Positions 19,838 to 40,077 are shown, counted from the stretch's first letter. The stretch: 64,000 bases of DNA from the human T2T-CHM13v2.0 reference genome, Homo sapiens (GCF_009914755.1 NC_060943.1); one strand, 5' to 3'. The notes: generated from the letters alone by a model not told the origin. Translations and numbers: made by a program.

Positions 19838-21261
19838 TGATAAGGTATTGTGGAGAGGCAGCATTTTTGAATCTCATGATTACATCTCATGATTACATCT
19901 CAGTTTTATTAGTGAGACTGAGTCCCTGGGCTGACCTTCAGAAAAATTTCTTAGCTTTCTTTTCTTCCTTTATTTGAGATAGGAAGACTAGATGGAACAG
20001 ACTGACTAGTTCTTCTCACAGGTCACACACGATTTGGTAAAGTAGTTTCCTGGGGGCAGGCTTTTGTTATGTAGCACAGAATACTCTGGGCTTATTTCAA
20101 AATGCTTATGTTTCCTTGGGTGTGTCTTAGAATGATTATTTCCCCTTCCTCCTGCTTGAAGCATGAGATAATTGTTCTCCAGTCTTCATCAGGAGAATCT
20201 GGTGGGTCTCCTGGAGGCAAATCTCATGAAAATACAGGTGCTGCTCCCATGATAAGACTGGGCTCCCAGGATTTTTTAAGACTAAGGCTTGTCCACCATT
20301 AGCCTCCAGCAATTTGTTAATCACTGTTCACCTGTCAGTTGCTGGCTCCAGAGGCTTCTGTCCTCAAAATCTGATCCCCTATATTTGCTGTGTCTCCAGT
20401 TTGGGGGGGCATTGCTTTGCCCTATGGCCTCGATACTCTGATGGATCTAAGAAGAGTTACTGATTTTCAGTTTGTTCAACTTTTTGTTGTTTTGAGGACG
20501 GGAGTAACAAGCTCTTTAGATGTTGGAGTGGAAACCACAAATATATATATATGTACTATTTCTCATTATCAAGTTTTATTTCCCCCATTCTTTTGTCAAA
20601 ACAAATGTTGGATAGTTATAAAAGCTTTACAGCATATTTGTCCACTAATTTCATCATTTTCATCATTTTTGTGCTTCTCAATTCACTCTTCTGGTTAATG
20701 ATTTTTATGTCACTACTTCTTTGTGTGCATGGTTATTCTTTATTGGATGCCAGATACTGAATTTTACATTATTGAATGTTGTATTTGTTTGTATTGCTTT
20801 AAACAATGTTGGACCTTGGTATGCCATTCAATAAAATTACTTAGCAGCATGATTTCCTCTTGCCTGCTTGGCACTAGGTCTTTCTGTTTTAAACTTTTTT
20901 AGTATAAGACCAGAGCAGCCTTGAGTCTGTCAGCCCCGTTCTTTAGGTGATACCTTTCTATCTGGTGTTTTCTGTACTAATAGGTGTTCCACACTGGCAG
21001 GTGAACATACAATTCCCAGCCCTGGATGAGCTCAAATAATTGTTTGGGATATTGCTTTGTAGGGGTTCCTTTCTAAACCTCAGGTAGTGTCTGGTCATGC
21101 TTGTGCAGATCGGGACTTAGCCAAAGATTTACATGGATACTTCTGCAAATCTTTGCCTCTCTCCTCTCTCCTATTATCCCACCTAAATTATACCCATGGT
21201 GGTCACCATATATACTTATTTTTCTTCTACACTGTAAGCAGGAATAATTGTAGGGCTCACG

Positions 21262-21784
21262 TGTTGTAACCTAGTGAGTTACAGAGAAACACCACACTCT
21301 GAGACGAATTCAGGTGTCCTTTATTAGCCAGCGACTGAGAGATGGCTAGTGCTCAAAATTCTCTAGGCCCCAAAGAAGGGGCTAGATTTTCTTTTTTACT
21401 TTGGTTTAGAAAGGAGAGGGGGGGAGTCTAGTTAAAACAATCTTACAGAAGTAAAGCAGGCAAAAAGTTATAAGGATAAATGGTTACAGGAAAGCAAACA
21501 GTTCCAGGTGCAGGGGCTTTAAATCTATCACAGGGTGACAGATGCGGGGCTTTGGGTGTTATCAACCAGATGAATTCCTAGGAACTGCGGATATAGCTTT
21601 CCACAGTATCTTATCAGTTAATTGCATCCTTGGATGTGTTGGGAATCTGCTTGCACAAGTCAAGTCAAGTCCTTGAGGAAGGGAGTGGGTAAGGGGCTGT
21701 AAGTGAAGGAGCCAAGATGGAGTCTGTCTGGCTCTCTCAGCTAAGGGAGAGTCAATTCAGGTTAAAACAAGGTTGGGTATCACA
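21262..21784 (-). repeat. 3' LTR of HERV-T provirus
   Basis: Homologous to 29378-29894. Preceded on the minus strand by PPT AAGTGGGGAA (21785-21794). Contains AATAAA at ~21320-21325. Confidence 0.92.
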
Positions 21785-21869
21785 TTCCCCACTTGTGTTT
21801 TTGGGGAATCAAACCATTGATTCCTCGGTTATAACCAGGGGGTTATATTGGGTTTTAAGGTACATAAGC

Positions 21870-23700
21870 TTGACAGAAGCTATATGTTGTTTTACAAAAT
21901 TAAGAAACCAATTTAACATACAAGGCTCAAAGACTAAGCCTAACAATAGGGGAGAAAGGGTCCAGCTAACCCAGTGATTAGAGTAGTTAGCAATGGATTC
22001 CAGTTAAACATGCTTTGGTACCAGGGGGTGTTATTTTCTCGTTCTTGCTGGTGCCTGTCTAGGTTTTCTCAAACTTTTTGGAGAGTATCTTTTATGACTC
22101 CAGACTGATTGGCACAGAAGCAACAACTCTCTCCTAGAGTGGCACATAACCCTCCTTGGGAGAGAAATAGCAGATCTAAGCCTCGGCGGTTTTGAAGAAC
22201 TACTTCAGCTAGAGATTTTACTTGGGTATGTAGTATATTTATGGCTGATTGGAGATTGCTTAAATCAGCATCTACTTGTTGAGACAGGGACATTAGTCCA
22301 GTTTCTCCCTGAACCAGGGCAGCCATGCTGATGGCTGCTGATCCAGCTATGCTAAGGCCAGCCAGGAGGGGTACAAGGAGTGGGGTGGCTCGGCAAAACC
22401 TGGGATGTAATTCAGGGGGAGCAATAAGAAGTTATCCTTCTGGCCCACTATACACGTAGACCTGGGGGAGTACATGAACCAACACACACAGGAGAGGTCC
22501 TGGTTTAGTTCCATTGATGTGGCAAGTGAGACCTGAAGTGCAGGCTAACCAGGTATTGTTAGGTGCCTGGTAGGAGACTGAGGTGCTTAAGGAGGTAAGC
22601 ATAGACTGATTACAGGTAGCCTGAAAGGGAGAAGCAGATAAGTTATATCCGGTGCTAATTAGACAAGAAGTGTTTCCAGACGTATCTCCTAATGGGAGGG
22701 CATGGGGGCATGTACAACAAGAAAGAGAGCCAATTTTAAGTGCGGCTTCTACTCCTAATCCAATATAATATGGGGGTTTGTCCTTTAGGCACAACCAACA
22801 ATCTTGGGCTAGTTTAGGCTGGGTGAGATTGAGGAGGTGATGTACCCCACCTAGAATGGACATCAGGCTGGGTTGGAGGTGCTGTCATTGCAGGTGAGGT
22901 TTGGGGACCAGGAATGGCAGTGGGACAGTTAAATCAACCTTGTCTGGATGTTTTGGGAACATAAGGTCATCTAAATCAGTTAAAGGCCTGATTGGCTTAG
23001 GAGGGCTCCATGAGACGAGGATTTTTTTTGGATGGTGAACATAGTTCCAACATCAAATCCCGGGATATAAAGCCTTAATCCCTATGACATGACATAATAC
23101 CATTGAGCTAAATTAGGATTATGGATGTTTATAGTGAGAGGATTGCAATTTCTCCTAGTACACAGCTTAGGACGGGAAGCACGAGCTATGGAAAGGGTTG
23201 AAGATCGAGTTGATGCCCCAGAGTAGGTGGCCAAAGTTACACATGTCCAGTCAGGGCAGAAAAACTGGTAAGAATCTTGACAACTAGAGTTAGGGTGATT
23301 TCCAGGACAGAGGTAAAAGTCAACATTCTGAAGTCCTTTTTCTGCACCTTTGGAGTTTCCACATCCAGTCTGGCTTCTGGAGTGTCCAAATTCCACAGCA
23401 AAGTCGACGATACCTGCTCCTATGACTGGCAGATTGCATTGTTCTTCATGGGTATGGGCAGGCTCTGGGAACAAAGTACATAAATCAACTGTAAAAGAGA
23501 CTTCCTTGAGATTCCTGCCTTCCAAGTAGTGTTTGCAAACACACATCCTGCTGTGAAAGAAGTGAGGAGGAAAGAGTAGGATGGGGCAGAAGGCATAATA
23601 GGTGGAAACAAACAATAGAGGTAAATAAAAAGAATTAATCTGATGGCTTCACTTGACTTAGGGGCAGTTTTAAGGGGCCTGGCCCAGGCTTGGGGACCCA
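21870..23700 (-). pseudogene. env: HERV-T env remnant (frameshifted)
   Basis: SU motifs DFYLCPGNHP…FFCPDWTCVTLAT and CWLCL (CxxC). TM immunosuppressive domain LQNRRGLDLLFLSQGGLC followed by CX6CC. Split over ORFs 23420-23752, 23082-23615, 22432-22863 and 22069-22326. Confidence 0.9.
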
Positions 23701-25665
23701 TGTTTCTTGTTGGGCTCTGTTGTCCTTTTTGATGTGAGATTGATGAATCCAAGCTGGAATGCCATCTACTTTCAGAGCCGTTGGTGTGGTGAGGATGACA
23801 GTATGAGGTCCTTTTCAGGCAGGAATGAGTCCTTTCTGGAACTTTTTAATGTACATGAGGTCACCCGGCTGGAAAGAGTGGTAGGGCCCCGTCTAGTCAG
23901 GAACTGGATTGGGGTGAGCTCCCCGGACAAGCGGCTGGATGATGTCTTGTACCTGTTGGAGAGACTTCCTGATTTTTACTGGCCTGAAGATCCGAAGCCT
24001 GTTTTTCCTCCTCTGGGGAATATTTTGGGTGATCTGGCAAGTCAGGTTGCAGAAAGGACACTGCAGGCAGCAGGGTCAGAGGTGCAACAGGGAGACGAGC
24101 TGCCTCCTAGGCTGTAGAGTCTGCTTTTTGGTTACCATGGGCAATGGCCATGTCTTCTTTTTGATGTCCTTTGCAGTGAATTACAGCCACCTGCTGGCAG
24201 TGCTTGGGCCTACAGTATATCCATCTCTGTAGTGATGGCAGCACCAGCCTTTTGAACTCCCTGCTCAAGGAAGCTGCTACCATCTCTAAACACGGTGGCT
24301 TCTGCCTCCTTTAAAGATACCTCTTGGAGATCAGGTCGGCCAGATTCCGTAGTCTCCAACGGTTCTTGGCAGTCATGGACAGGTATAGTAAGGTCTGTCT
24401 CTTGGTGGTGGGAGTGGGGATTCACAGGATGGCTTCACACTGGTGAGTGCCCTTTTTCCTTTCTTTATCTTGTACCTTAGGTAGGACACTCTAAGAAGAC
24501 AAAGCTGGTCCTTTTTGGCCGAGATCCAATACCTGAGCACCTGAAGGAGGTAAAGTAGGTCCCTAGTATGTTGCAGGCAGCTGTCAGTAGTTTCAGTAGC
24601 CAATAAGTCATCTACATACTGAAGAATAGTACAATTGGGGTGACTGGCTCAGAATGGTATAAGATCCTGTTGGAGGGCTTCCCCAAAAAGGATGGGGGAA
24701 TTTTTAAAGCCTTGAGGTAACTGAGTCCAAGTTAATTGGGTGGTATCTCCTGAGCCAGGATCTGTCCATTCAAAAGCAAAGATAGGTTGGCTTTTGGGGG
24801 CCAGAGGAATAGCAAAGAAGGCATCCTTTAAGTCAAGGACAGTGTATACTGTATGTTCTGGTGGGAGCAGGCTGAGTAAAGTATAAGCATTGTGGACAGT
24901 TGGATGGACGGTAACTGTCCACTTGTTAACCTCCCTCAAGTCCTGCACAGGCTGGTAATCATTTGTTCCAGGTTTCTGGACCGGCAAAAATGGAGTATTC
25001 CAGGTGGATTGACATGGTGTGAGTATGCCAGCTTGTAGCAGTCACTGAATATGGAGATTTATCCCCTCTCTAGCCTGCTGACTCATAGGATACTGTTTTA
25101 TCTGGACTGGCAGGGCAGTGGCCAGAAGTTCTACAACTACTGGCAGATGATGCTTTGCTTATCCCAGGGGGTTTGACTCAGCCCAGACTCGAGGAAACAG
25201 TCTGTAGGTCTAATAGGAGGAGAGAATTTGTTTTATTCTCCAATGGTTGTGATGGTGAAACCAAAAGATATTCCTCTGACAGAGGGGTAGTTAGCAGGAG
25301 TTGGGCAGTAGGGGGCGTTGTGTCCCCTAACGTGAAGTGAGCCTGCTGGGCTGAGAGATAGAAGCCTGTAACTTATGGAGCAGGTCTCATCTGAGAAGGG
25401 GAAGGGGGCACTCTGGGACTACAAGAAATGAGTGAGTTACTCTTTTCTTTCCTAAACTCACTTATCATGAGTGGGTGACAGGATATTCCTGAATAGCTCC
25501 TGTTGCCCCTTGTACAGCTACTCTTTTATTAGAGACACTGCCTAAGGGTGTCTGCAGTACTGAGTGTTCCACCTCAGTATCTATTAGGAAGTATACATGC
25601 TGGCCCCCCACTGTAGCGGTCACCATGGGCTCCTGGGGGCCAAGTGAAAGGGAGCCCCAGTCCCA
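23650..25665 (-). pseudogene. pol: HERV-T pro-pol remnant with large internal deletions
   Basis: Protease FLIDTEVEHSVL (DTG>DTE). RT motifs [18 protein letters not shown] and LQYVDDL (~24605-24630). RNase H start DGSSFLEQG. Only the integrase C-terminus remains. Confidence 0.88.
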
Positions 25666-27224
25666 TCAGTCATCAGACTCCTCCGCTGTGGGGAGGGTGA
25701 GGACCTTTTTCTTTTCTGGTTTTTGCTCTGGCTTTAATGGGCATTCCTTCTTCCAGTGTCCTGTCTGCTTGCAATAAGCACATTGGTTTTTCTCCAGGGG
25801 AGCCCGCTCACCTTTCTTGCCCTTTTGGCTGGGACCCGGGGTTCCCTGGCTATTCCTCTGTGATGGGGGCCCTTACTTTTTGGCTTCCTGGATGGCCACC
25901 ACTAAGATTTTTGCTTGTCTTTTGGATGCTTTATCAGCAGCTTTTTCAGCTGCCTCAGCTGCCTGTTTTCGTTTTTCAGACTCTCGATTGTCAAAAACTT
26001 TCTGGGCTACTTCTAAAAGCTGGCTATTGTTCATTCCAGCAAATCCCTCCGGCTTTTGTAATTTTCTTTTACTATCAGTAGCTGCCTGAGCCACAAACAC
26101 CAAATTAATAGCACGGCTATTCTTGGGAGCTGCCGGGTCAAAAGGGGTGTAAGTTTGATAGGCCTCCTGGAGACTTTCTAAAAGTGTTCCAGGTTCATCA
26201 GGCCCCTGGACAACTTCAGTTGTCTCAGACAGATTTATGGGTTTTTGAGCGGCTCCCTTGAGGCCCACAAGGAGATACCGGTGAAAATCATCTAAAGCCC
26301 TCCTCCCACCCGAGGAGTTAGGATCCCAATTAGGCCGGGTAGAGGGAAAAACCTCCTTAACGAGGTTTTGGGCTTCCCCCTCTGGTCTATCAGCTGATGT
26401 AAGGAAATACTTTCTGGCTTCTCTTCGGATACAATTCCTCTCTTCAGAGATGAAGAGGGTTAAAAGGCGTTGCTGACAATCATCCCAGGTGGGCCGGTGA
26501 GTCTGGAGCATGGACTCCATCAGTGAGGTCAGAACCTGGGGTTTTTCAAAGAAGGGGGGATTATGAGCCTTCCAGTTGTACAGGTCAGAAGTAGAGAAAG
26601 GGACGTAAACTAAGAATGGAGCTGAGCGCTCATCACCCGGAGGGATTTGTGCCTCTCTCAGTGGGAGGAGGGGGGCTACCTCCTCCTGCCATGGCCACAA
26701 TCAGGAGGCAATAGATGGGGACGCCACAGGAGATGTAGTTGAGGAGGCAAGGGGAGATTCTGGGGGAGCAGGAGGGTTATAAGGCGGCAGAACTGTGTGA
26801 GGAAAACTTTCCTCTTCTTCAGAGGGAGGCAATACAGGAGGAGCCAAGGGAGCTGAGGATCCGGACAAAAGTGTGTGGTCTCGCTTAAAATGACCTTGGA
26901 GGTAAGATTATGAATGGCGCATGAGCGGAGCCAAGGGGGAGGGCTCCGGACCAATCTCAGCCATTGATCAATGTAGGGACACTGATCGGGGTGACTGGGA
27001 GTTCCAGCAACGACCTGCCACACAGCCTGAACAGCTGTGAGATTCAGTGACCCTTCTGGGGGCCACACGGTTCCAAACTGTGGTCATTCTACTTCACAGA
27101 GTGTCTGGAGTTTGCCTTTTTTAAGGTGGACCCCGTAATTCTCTGAGAAGCCTAGGGAGAAATTTTGTAACATACATTGGAGAGGGCTCCAATCTTTATG
27201 AGGCTGGGAAGAAGAGTTTCCCAT
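25666..27224 (-). pseudogene. gag: HERV-T gag remnant
   Basis: ATG 27224 MGNSSSQPHKDWSPLQCML (myristoylation G2). MA WPPEGSL. CA YVPFSTSDLYNWK…PTWDDCQQ. NC knuckle CAYCKQTGHWKKEC (~25741-25785). Terminal TGA at 25666-25668. Internal stops and frameshifts. Confidence 0.9.
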
Positions 27225-28944
27225 TCTGGAGGCAATTTAAAAAGGTTTCAGCAGAAATATTAAACCCAGCACAGACAGAGAAATTCAAGACCTGGGGGGC
27301 TGCAGTATCAGAAGAACAGAAGTATTATAACCAGAAGAAGAAGGAAAACAACCATAGTCAACACTTCTTGCCACATAAGGACGGTCTGTTTAAGCTTTGA
27401 GATCTAGGGGGAGGACAAGAGGCAGGTCTGAGGCCAGTGGGACCTACGTGATCCCCCCTCCTTTTTGTCCTATAGCCTAAATATCTTTGGTGTCTCCATG
27501 ACTTGAAGGCAAAAAGTTCAAACTTGGCCTTTTCTTTTAAGGGTTGAAAAAGGGAGGACAGAACCAAGTCTTGGAGACACTGGATTTGCTGCAACACAGG
27601 AAAATGAGATGTGCAGGGTAAAGGATGGGAATGAGGAGGAAAAGGGGCCACTTGGATTTTTCCAGGCTAGGAGGAGCCATGCCGGGCAGCTCTGGGTCAC
27701 CAGGGCCACTCTGCGGTCCCCCGCCCTGCCTCCAGGCCCTGTCAGACGCTGCAAGCCCAGCTCAGAAGCCTGGCCTGGGACCAAGTTCACTGCAGCAGGC
27801 TGGGCCCTTGCATTCTGAGCTGGGTGCGGATGCGCTGGTGCTCTGGGAAGTCAGGGGCTTTGACAACTGAAGGCAAAGGAGCCGGGCACCTGAGGGGGTC
27901 CCGGGGGAGGGGGTGCCGGGGGAGGGGATCCGGCGTCGTCACCCTCCAGTCCTTGCCCACAGGTCAGGGAGCCCCTGCCATGGGGGAAGGAGGCTGTTTC
28001 TTTTGTAAACTGGTGGAGGCGTGCCTCGCCCCTGGGCCTGACAGCCCAAAGAGACACGCCTGAGACCTCTGGACAGAGTACAGCAGTATGGGCGTAGGTT
28101 TCTCTGCACAGTGCCTTATCCATGGGCACGGGAAAAGTTATGGGATGACAGAAAAGATGAGCAAGGAGGTCTGTGGGGTGGCTATTTTGAATCCACCACC
28201 GGTCTAATGTGGAGGTGGTCCAGTCAATTGGGCATGGGGTATGGCAATCTAAATGCCAGCAACCTTTAAGGTGCCAGAAATCCCACACTCTTTCCCATAA
28301 CAACACCTGATTTGTTTCTGACAGAAAAGGCAGGACTGGGATGGCCAACCCAAATGATTGATGAGAAATTTGACCTCCTGTGATAGAAAATCAGTACTGA
28401 GGACCTTGAAGAAGTTCTTACCCAGTTGTCTAGGGCAGTATTGATGACCTGACATATGAAATTTTACCAAACAAGACAATAGACCCTGGGGCATACAAAC
28501 AATTATGACAATTTTTTAATAGACAGACAAAGGAAGGGGGGCCCGTGATGGGATCAGTCAGATGCCCATCTGGCCACTCTCCCTGAGGGGACTTAGGCTC
28601 CTCTTAGCATTGGCAGGCCGGTATAAACCCCTGGCTTGGATCGAGCTATGCCTGATGCTGCCTTAAACCTTAAGAGGTCACCACGGAACTGCAGGTGAGG
28701 GCCCATTCAAACTCCGTAGCTTTCACCGTGGAGCTACATACTGGAAATTCAAGTGCAAGCCCTTGAACTCCACATTCACGCACTCATTCACACAGAGTTT
28801 ATAACAGTTTTCTTATTCCCTTTCCAAAACAGAGGTCTCCGGGAGACCTGAACGAGAGAAGGAGAAGAGATAGAGAAAGAGGGAGGGAGGGAGAGAGAGA
28901 GAGAGAAAGAGAGAGAGAGATAGAGACTAGTCTTAACAGAGAGG

Positions 28945-29153
28945 CCTAACAGAAAACCAGGACTCTGTCCTCCAGTGTCCTGGAACATGGGCAGAGTCAA
29001 GGGAGGGCCCTCGTCAGGGCTGCTTCCCTCCCAGAGAGACACAGAGGTGCCTAACAGAAAACCAGGACTCTGTCCTCCAGCGTCCTGGAATGTGGGCAGA
29101 GTCAAAAAGGGAGGGCCTTGTCAGAGCCGTTTCCCTCCCAGAGAAACAGAGTC
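28945..29153. repeat. ~105 bp tandem duplication in provirus leader
   Basis: Two copies starting CCTAACAGAAAACCAGGACTCTGTCCTCCAG at 28945 and 29050. Confidence 0.9.
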
Positions 29154-29357
29154 AGATCTGACTTACTTTCCCAGGACCAGAAACTGAGGACTCAGGAGTT
29201 GAATTTTTGTGGGCACACACCAGTGGTCGATCCATTCCCGTCTGGAAGACAGGGTCTTATGGGGCCCTGGAACGTCTTCTGGTGGTGCCTCCCCTATAAG
29301 TCCGCTGTCTGTCCAGGGGAGCCTGGAATGAGTCTGGCTCTCACCCGGTGACAAAAA

Positions 29358-29375
29358 ATCTTGCTGGGGCCTCCA
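29358..29375 (-). promoter_or_regulatory. Primer binding site complementary to tRNA-Thr
   Basis: TGGAGGCCCCAGCAAGAT lies 2 nt after the 5' LTR and matches the tRNA-Thr 3' end with one mismatch as I recall it. Confidence 0.85.
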
Positions 29376-29377
29376 AA

Positions 29378-29894
29378 TGTTGTAACTGAGCTAGGTACAG
29401 AGAAATGCCACACTCTGAGACGAATTCAGGAGTCCTTTATTAGCTGGTGACCGAGAGACGGCTAGTGCTCAAAATTCTCTCAGCCCCGAAGAAGGGGCCA
29501 GATTTTCTTTTATACTTTGGTTTAGAAAGGGGAGGGAGGCAGTCTAGTGAAAACAACCTTACAGAAGTAAAGCAGGCAAAAAAGTTAAAAGAATAAATGG
29601 TTATAGGAAAGCAAACAGTTTCAGGTGCAGGGCTTTAAATCTTTCACAAGGTGATAGACGCGGGGCTTTGGGTGTTATCAACCAGATGAATTCCTAGGAA
29701 CTGTGGATATAGCTTGCCACAGTATTTTATCAGCTAATTGCATCCTTGGACGTGCTGGGAGTCAGCTTGCATAAGTTAAGTCCTTGAGGAAGGGGTGGGT
29801 AAGGGGCTGTAAGTGTAGGAGCCAAGATGGGGTCTGTCTGGCTCTCTCAGCTAAGGGAGAGTCAATTCAGGTTAAAACAAGGTTAGCTATCACA
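29378..29894 (-). repeat. 5' LTR of HERV-T provirus
   Basis: Homologous to the 3' LTR, followed by the PBS. TATA-like GTATAAAAG at ~29507-29515. Confidence 0.92.
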
Positions 29895-30319
29895 CATATA
29901 CTTTGTATCTTCTTCCTTGAGATCCCAGTCCTTCATTGCCTCTTGTCCAATGCTTGAAAATTGTGTTACTGTTTTCATATATTGCATCTGGTTTTCTTCT
30001 TGTTGAAAGCAAGAAAAAATTCTGGTCATTTCATTAGATCATGGTCTGAGGCAGAAATCAGGCTCATTCTTAATTTATTAAATGGCTTATAATCAATTCT
30101 ATTAATATTTACTTACATTCTCAAGTTCTCCAGGAAGGATACCCCAAAAATTCATATTCACACACGACATGCTTCATTTCTTGATTGAGCCAACAAGATC
30201 TGTTCAATCAATCTTGGCTTTGGAAGAGCTCAGAGCAAAAGTTCCAAGCAAGGTCTTTTATGTTTCTCTGGCTAAATGACCAGAACCAGTTGTCTAGACA
30301 CTCATGCCAGGTAAAGGTG

Positions 30320-30681
30320 TCTTAGTCTGTTCAGGCTTTTGTAACAAAAACCATAAACTGAGTTGCTTATGAACAACAGAGTTTTATTCCTCGTAGTTCT
30401 GAAGGCTGGGAAGTCTAAGATCCAGATGCCAGAACATTCAGAGTCTGGTGAGGGCTGCTTTCTGGTTCCTAGAGGGTGTCTTCTAGCTGTGTCCTCATGT
30501 GGCTGAAGGGTCAAGACAGCTGTCTGGGGCCTCTTTTATAAGGGCACTCATCGCATTCATGGGACTTCCAACTTGGTGACTTAATCATCTCTCAAAGGCC
30601 CCACACCTTTCAAAACCATCATATTGATGATTAGATTTCAACACAGGAATTTTGGGGGGATACAAACATTTAGACCACAGC
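30320..30681. mobile_element. MLT1-type MaLR LTR
   Basis: TCTTAGTCTGTTCAGGCT…AGTTCTGAAGGCTGGGAAGTCTAAGATC…ACATTTAGACCACAGCA. Confidence 0.75.
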
Positions 30682-30733
30682 AAAAGCCATTGGTAGACAC
30701 AATGGCCCTTGGGGCCATGAGGGATTTTAGATT

Positions 30734-37239
<6,506 letters not shown>

Positions 37240-37356
37240 GGATTTTAGATTTTAAAGAGCTCTTCATGAATCTCACTAGTTTATTTTACCAAACATTAAA
37301 GATGGATACCCAGGAATCTCCAGAGATAAGACTAGAGCGGTGCTGGGCCAGTATCA

Positions 37357-37692
<336 letters not shown>

Positions 37693-38263
37693 CTAAATTT
37701 GTAGATTAAAATTCCTATCTCAGGAAAGAAATGTGTCAAATCAATGACAGATTCAACCTAAAAAACTTCAAAAAGGACAACTGAAACTCAAAATAAGAAG
37801 GAAATAATAAAGATCAGCAAGAAATTAATGATATGGAAAGCAAAATAACAATGGAGAAAAACCAGTGAAATCAATAACTGATTTTTTAAAAAGATCAATA
37901 AAAGAGATCCACCTTTGTGGATCTAGCATGAAATAATGTGAGAAAACACAAATTATCAATGTTAGGTACAGGTGAGGTGACATCACTAGATACTATAGAT
38001 TTTATTTATTCATTTATTTTTACACCCCACCTGGAGTGCAGTGGCACGACCATGGCTCACTGCATCCTGGAACTCCTGGGCTAAATCAATCCACTGGCTT
38101 CAGCCTCCAGAGTAGTTGGGCCTACAGGAGTGGGCCACCACACCCAGTTTTTATAGATTCTAAAAGGGTAATAAGGAATAATATGAATAATCTTATTCCA
38201 ATAAATTTCACAGTGGCCAGTTTGAAAACAAACAAATAAAATTGAACTTATTTTTGACAACAT

Positions 38264-39366
38264 TGTTGCAGGAAGTCAGGGATCCTGAACAGAGGGACTG
38301 GCTGGAGCCACAGCAGAGGACCATAAATTGTGAAGATTTCATTTTAATATGGATATAAATCAGATCCCAAATAATACTTTTATAATTTCTTATGCCTGTC
38401 TTTACTGCAATCTTGGAACATAAATTGTGAAGATTTCATGGACATTTATCAGTTCCCAAATAATACTCTTATAATTTCTTATGCCTGTCTTTACTTTAAT
38501 CTCTTAATCCTGTTATCTTTGTAAGCTGAGAATGTATGTCACCTCAGGACCACTATTGTACAAATTGATTGTAAAACATGTGTGTTTGAACAATATGAAA
38601 TCAGTGCATCTTGAAAAAGAACAGAATAACAGTGATTTTAGGGAACAAGGGAGGACAACCATAAGGTATGAGTGCCTGCGGGGTCTGGCAAAAAGAGCCA
38701 TATTTTTCTTCTTGCAGAGAGCCTACAAACAGACATGCAAGTAGGGAAGATATCACTGAATTCTTTTCCTAGCAAGGAATATTAATAATTAAGACCCTGG
38801 GAAAAGAATTGCATTCCTGGGGGGTGGTCTATAAATGGCCGCTCTGGGAGTGTCTGTCTTATGCGGTTCAGATAAGGACTGAAATACGCCCTGTCTCCTG
38901 CAGTATGCTCAGGCTCACTAGGGGGGGAAAAACCCCACCCTGGTGAATTTGAGGTTAGACGGGCTCTCTGCCCTCGAACCCTGTTTTCTGTTGTTTAAGA
39001 TGTTTATTAAAACAATACGTGCACAGCTGAACATAGACCTTCATCAGTAATTCTAATTTTGCCCTTTGCCTTGTGATCTTTGCTTTGCCCTTTGCCTTGG
39101 ATCTTTATTGACCTCAGAAGCATGTGATCTTTGTGACCTACTCCCTGTTCATACACCCCTTCCCCTTTCGAAGTCCTTAATAAAAACCTGCTGGTTTTGT
39201 GGCTCAGGTGGTCATCACGGTCCTACCATTATGTGATGTCACTCCTGGAGGCCCAGCTGTAAAATTCCTCTCTTTGTACTCTCTCTCTTTATTTCTCAGA
39301 CCGGCCAACACTTAGGGAAAATAGAAAGAACCTATGTTGAAATATTGGGGGCAGGTTCCCCTGATA
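38264..39366 (+). mobile_element. MER11-type solo LTR (HERV-K11/HML-8)
   Basis: Starts TGTTGCAGGAAGTCAGGGA and ends GGTTCCCCTGATA, ~1.1 kb. Has internal repeats, TATAAA ~38830, AATAAA ~39179, and 6-bp TSD CAACAT/CAATAT. Confidence 0.88.
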
Positions 39367-39510
39367 CAATATAAATATTAATGGAGAAAATCTCATGGAA
39401 TCTGTGAACAAAAATGTAGAATAAATGAAATTATAGTTTCCAGGGTAGACAATGATTTTTATAAAAATTATACTTCTATGTACAGTTTGAAACTGAAATT
39501 TAAAAGAGTA

Positions 39511-39773
<263 letters not shown>

Positions 39774-39998
39774 TTTTTACGAGAGCATACGATATATACT
39801 TGAGACATATATATAAGATGTGCAACTGAAATACATATAAGATGTACACTATAAACTACAAAATATTGTGGAAGAAAATTAAAGATCTAAATAAAGGGAG
39901 AGATATACCACATTTATGGATTAGAGCACAAAGGCTTCCCTTTGTGGGTAAACTGACAATGTTTTAAACCCATTAATGTTTTAATTCTTTTCAAATTG

Positions 39999-40074
<76 letters not shown>
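39999..40074. repeat. (TG)n(TA)n compound microsatellite
   Basis: Seen directly. Confidence 0.95.

Positions 40075-40077
<3 letters not shown>

Larger units (their letters stand above)
21262..29894 (-). mobile_element. HERV-T (HERVS71 / LTR6-type) gamma-like endogenous provirus, defective
   Basis: Two ~520 bp homologous LTRs (TGTGATA…GTTACAACA on the minus strand), tRNA-Thr PBS, PPT, and gag-pro-pol-env relics in order. Possible 4-bp TSD CACG/CATA (CpG decay). Confidence 0.92.

Noticed and set aside
21870-23700. The known intact, co-opted HERV-T env (ERVS71-1)
   Set aside because: This env is broken into at least four frames with stops, so it cannot be the intact copy.
28945-29153. Repeat-spacer (CRISPR-like) array
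   Set aside because: Only two adjacent ~105-bp copies with no unique spacers, inside a retroviral leader in eukaryotic DNA.
29358-29375. tRNA-Thr gene
   Set aside because: Only the 18-nt 3'-end match (the retroviral PBS) is present; there is no cloverleaf.
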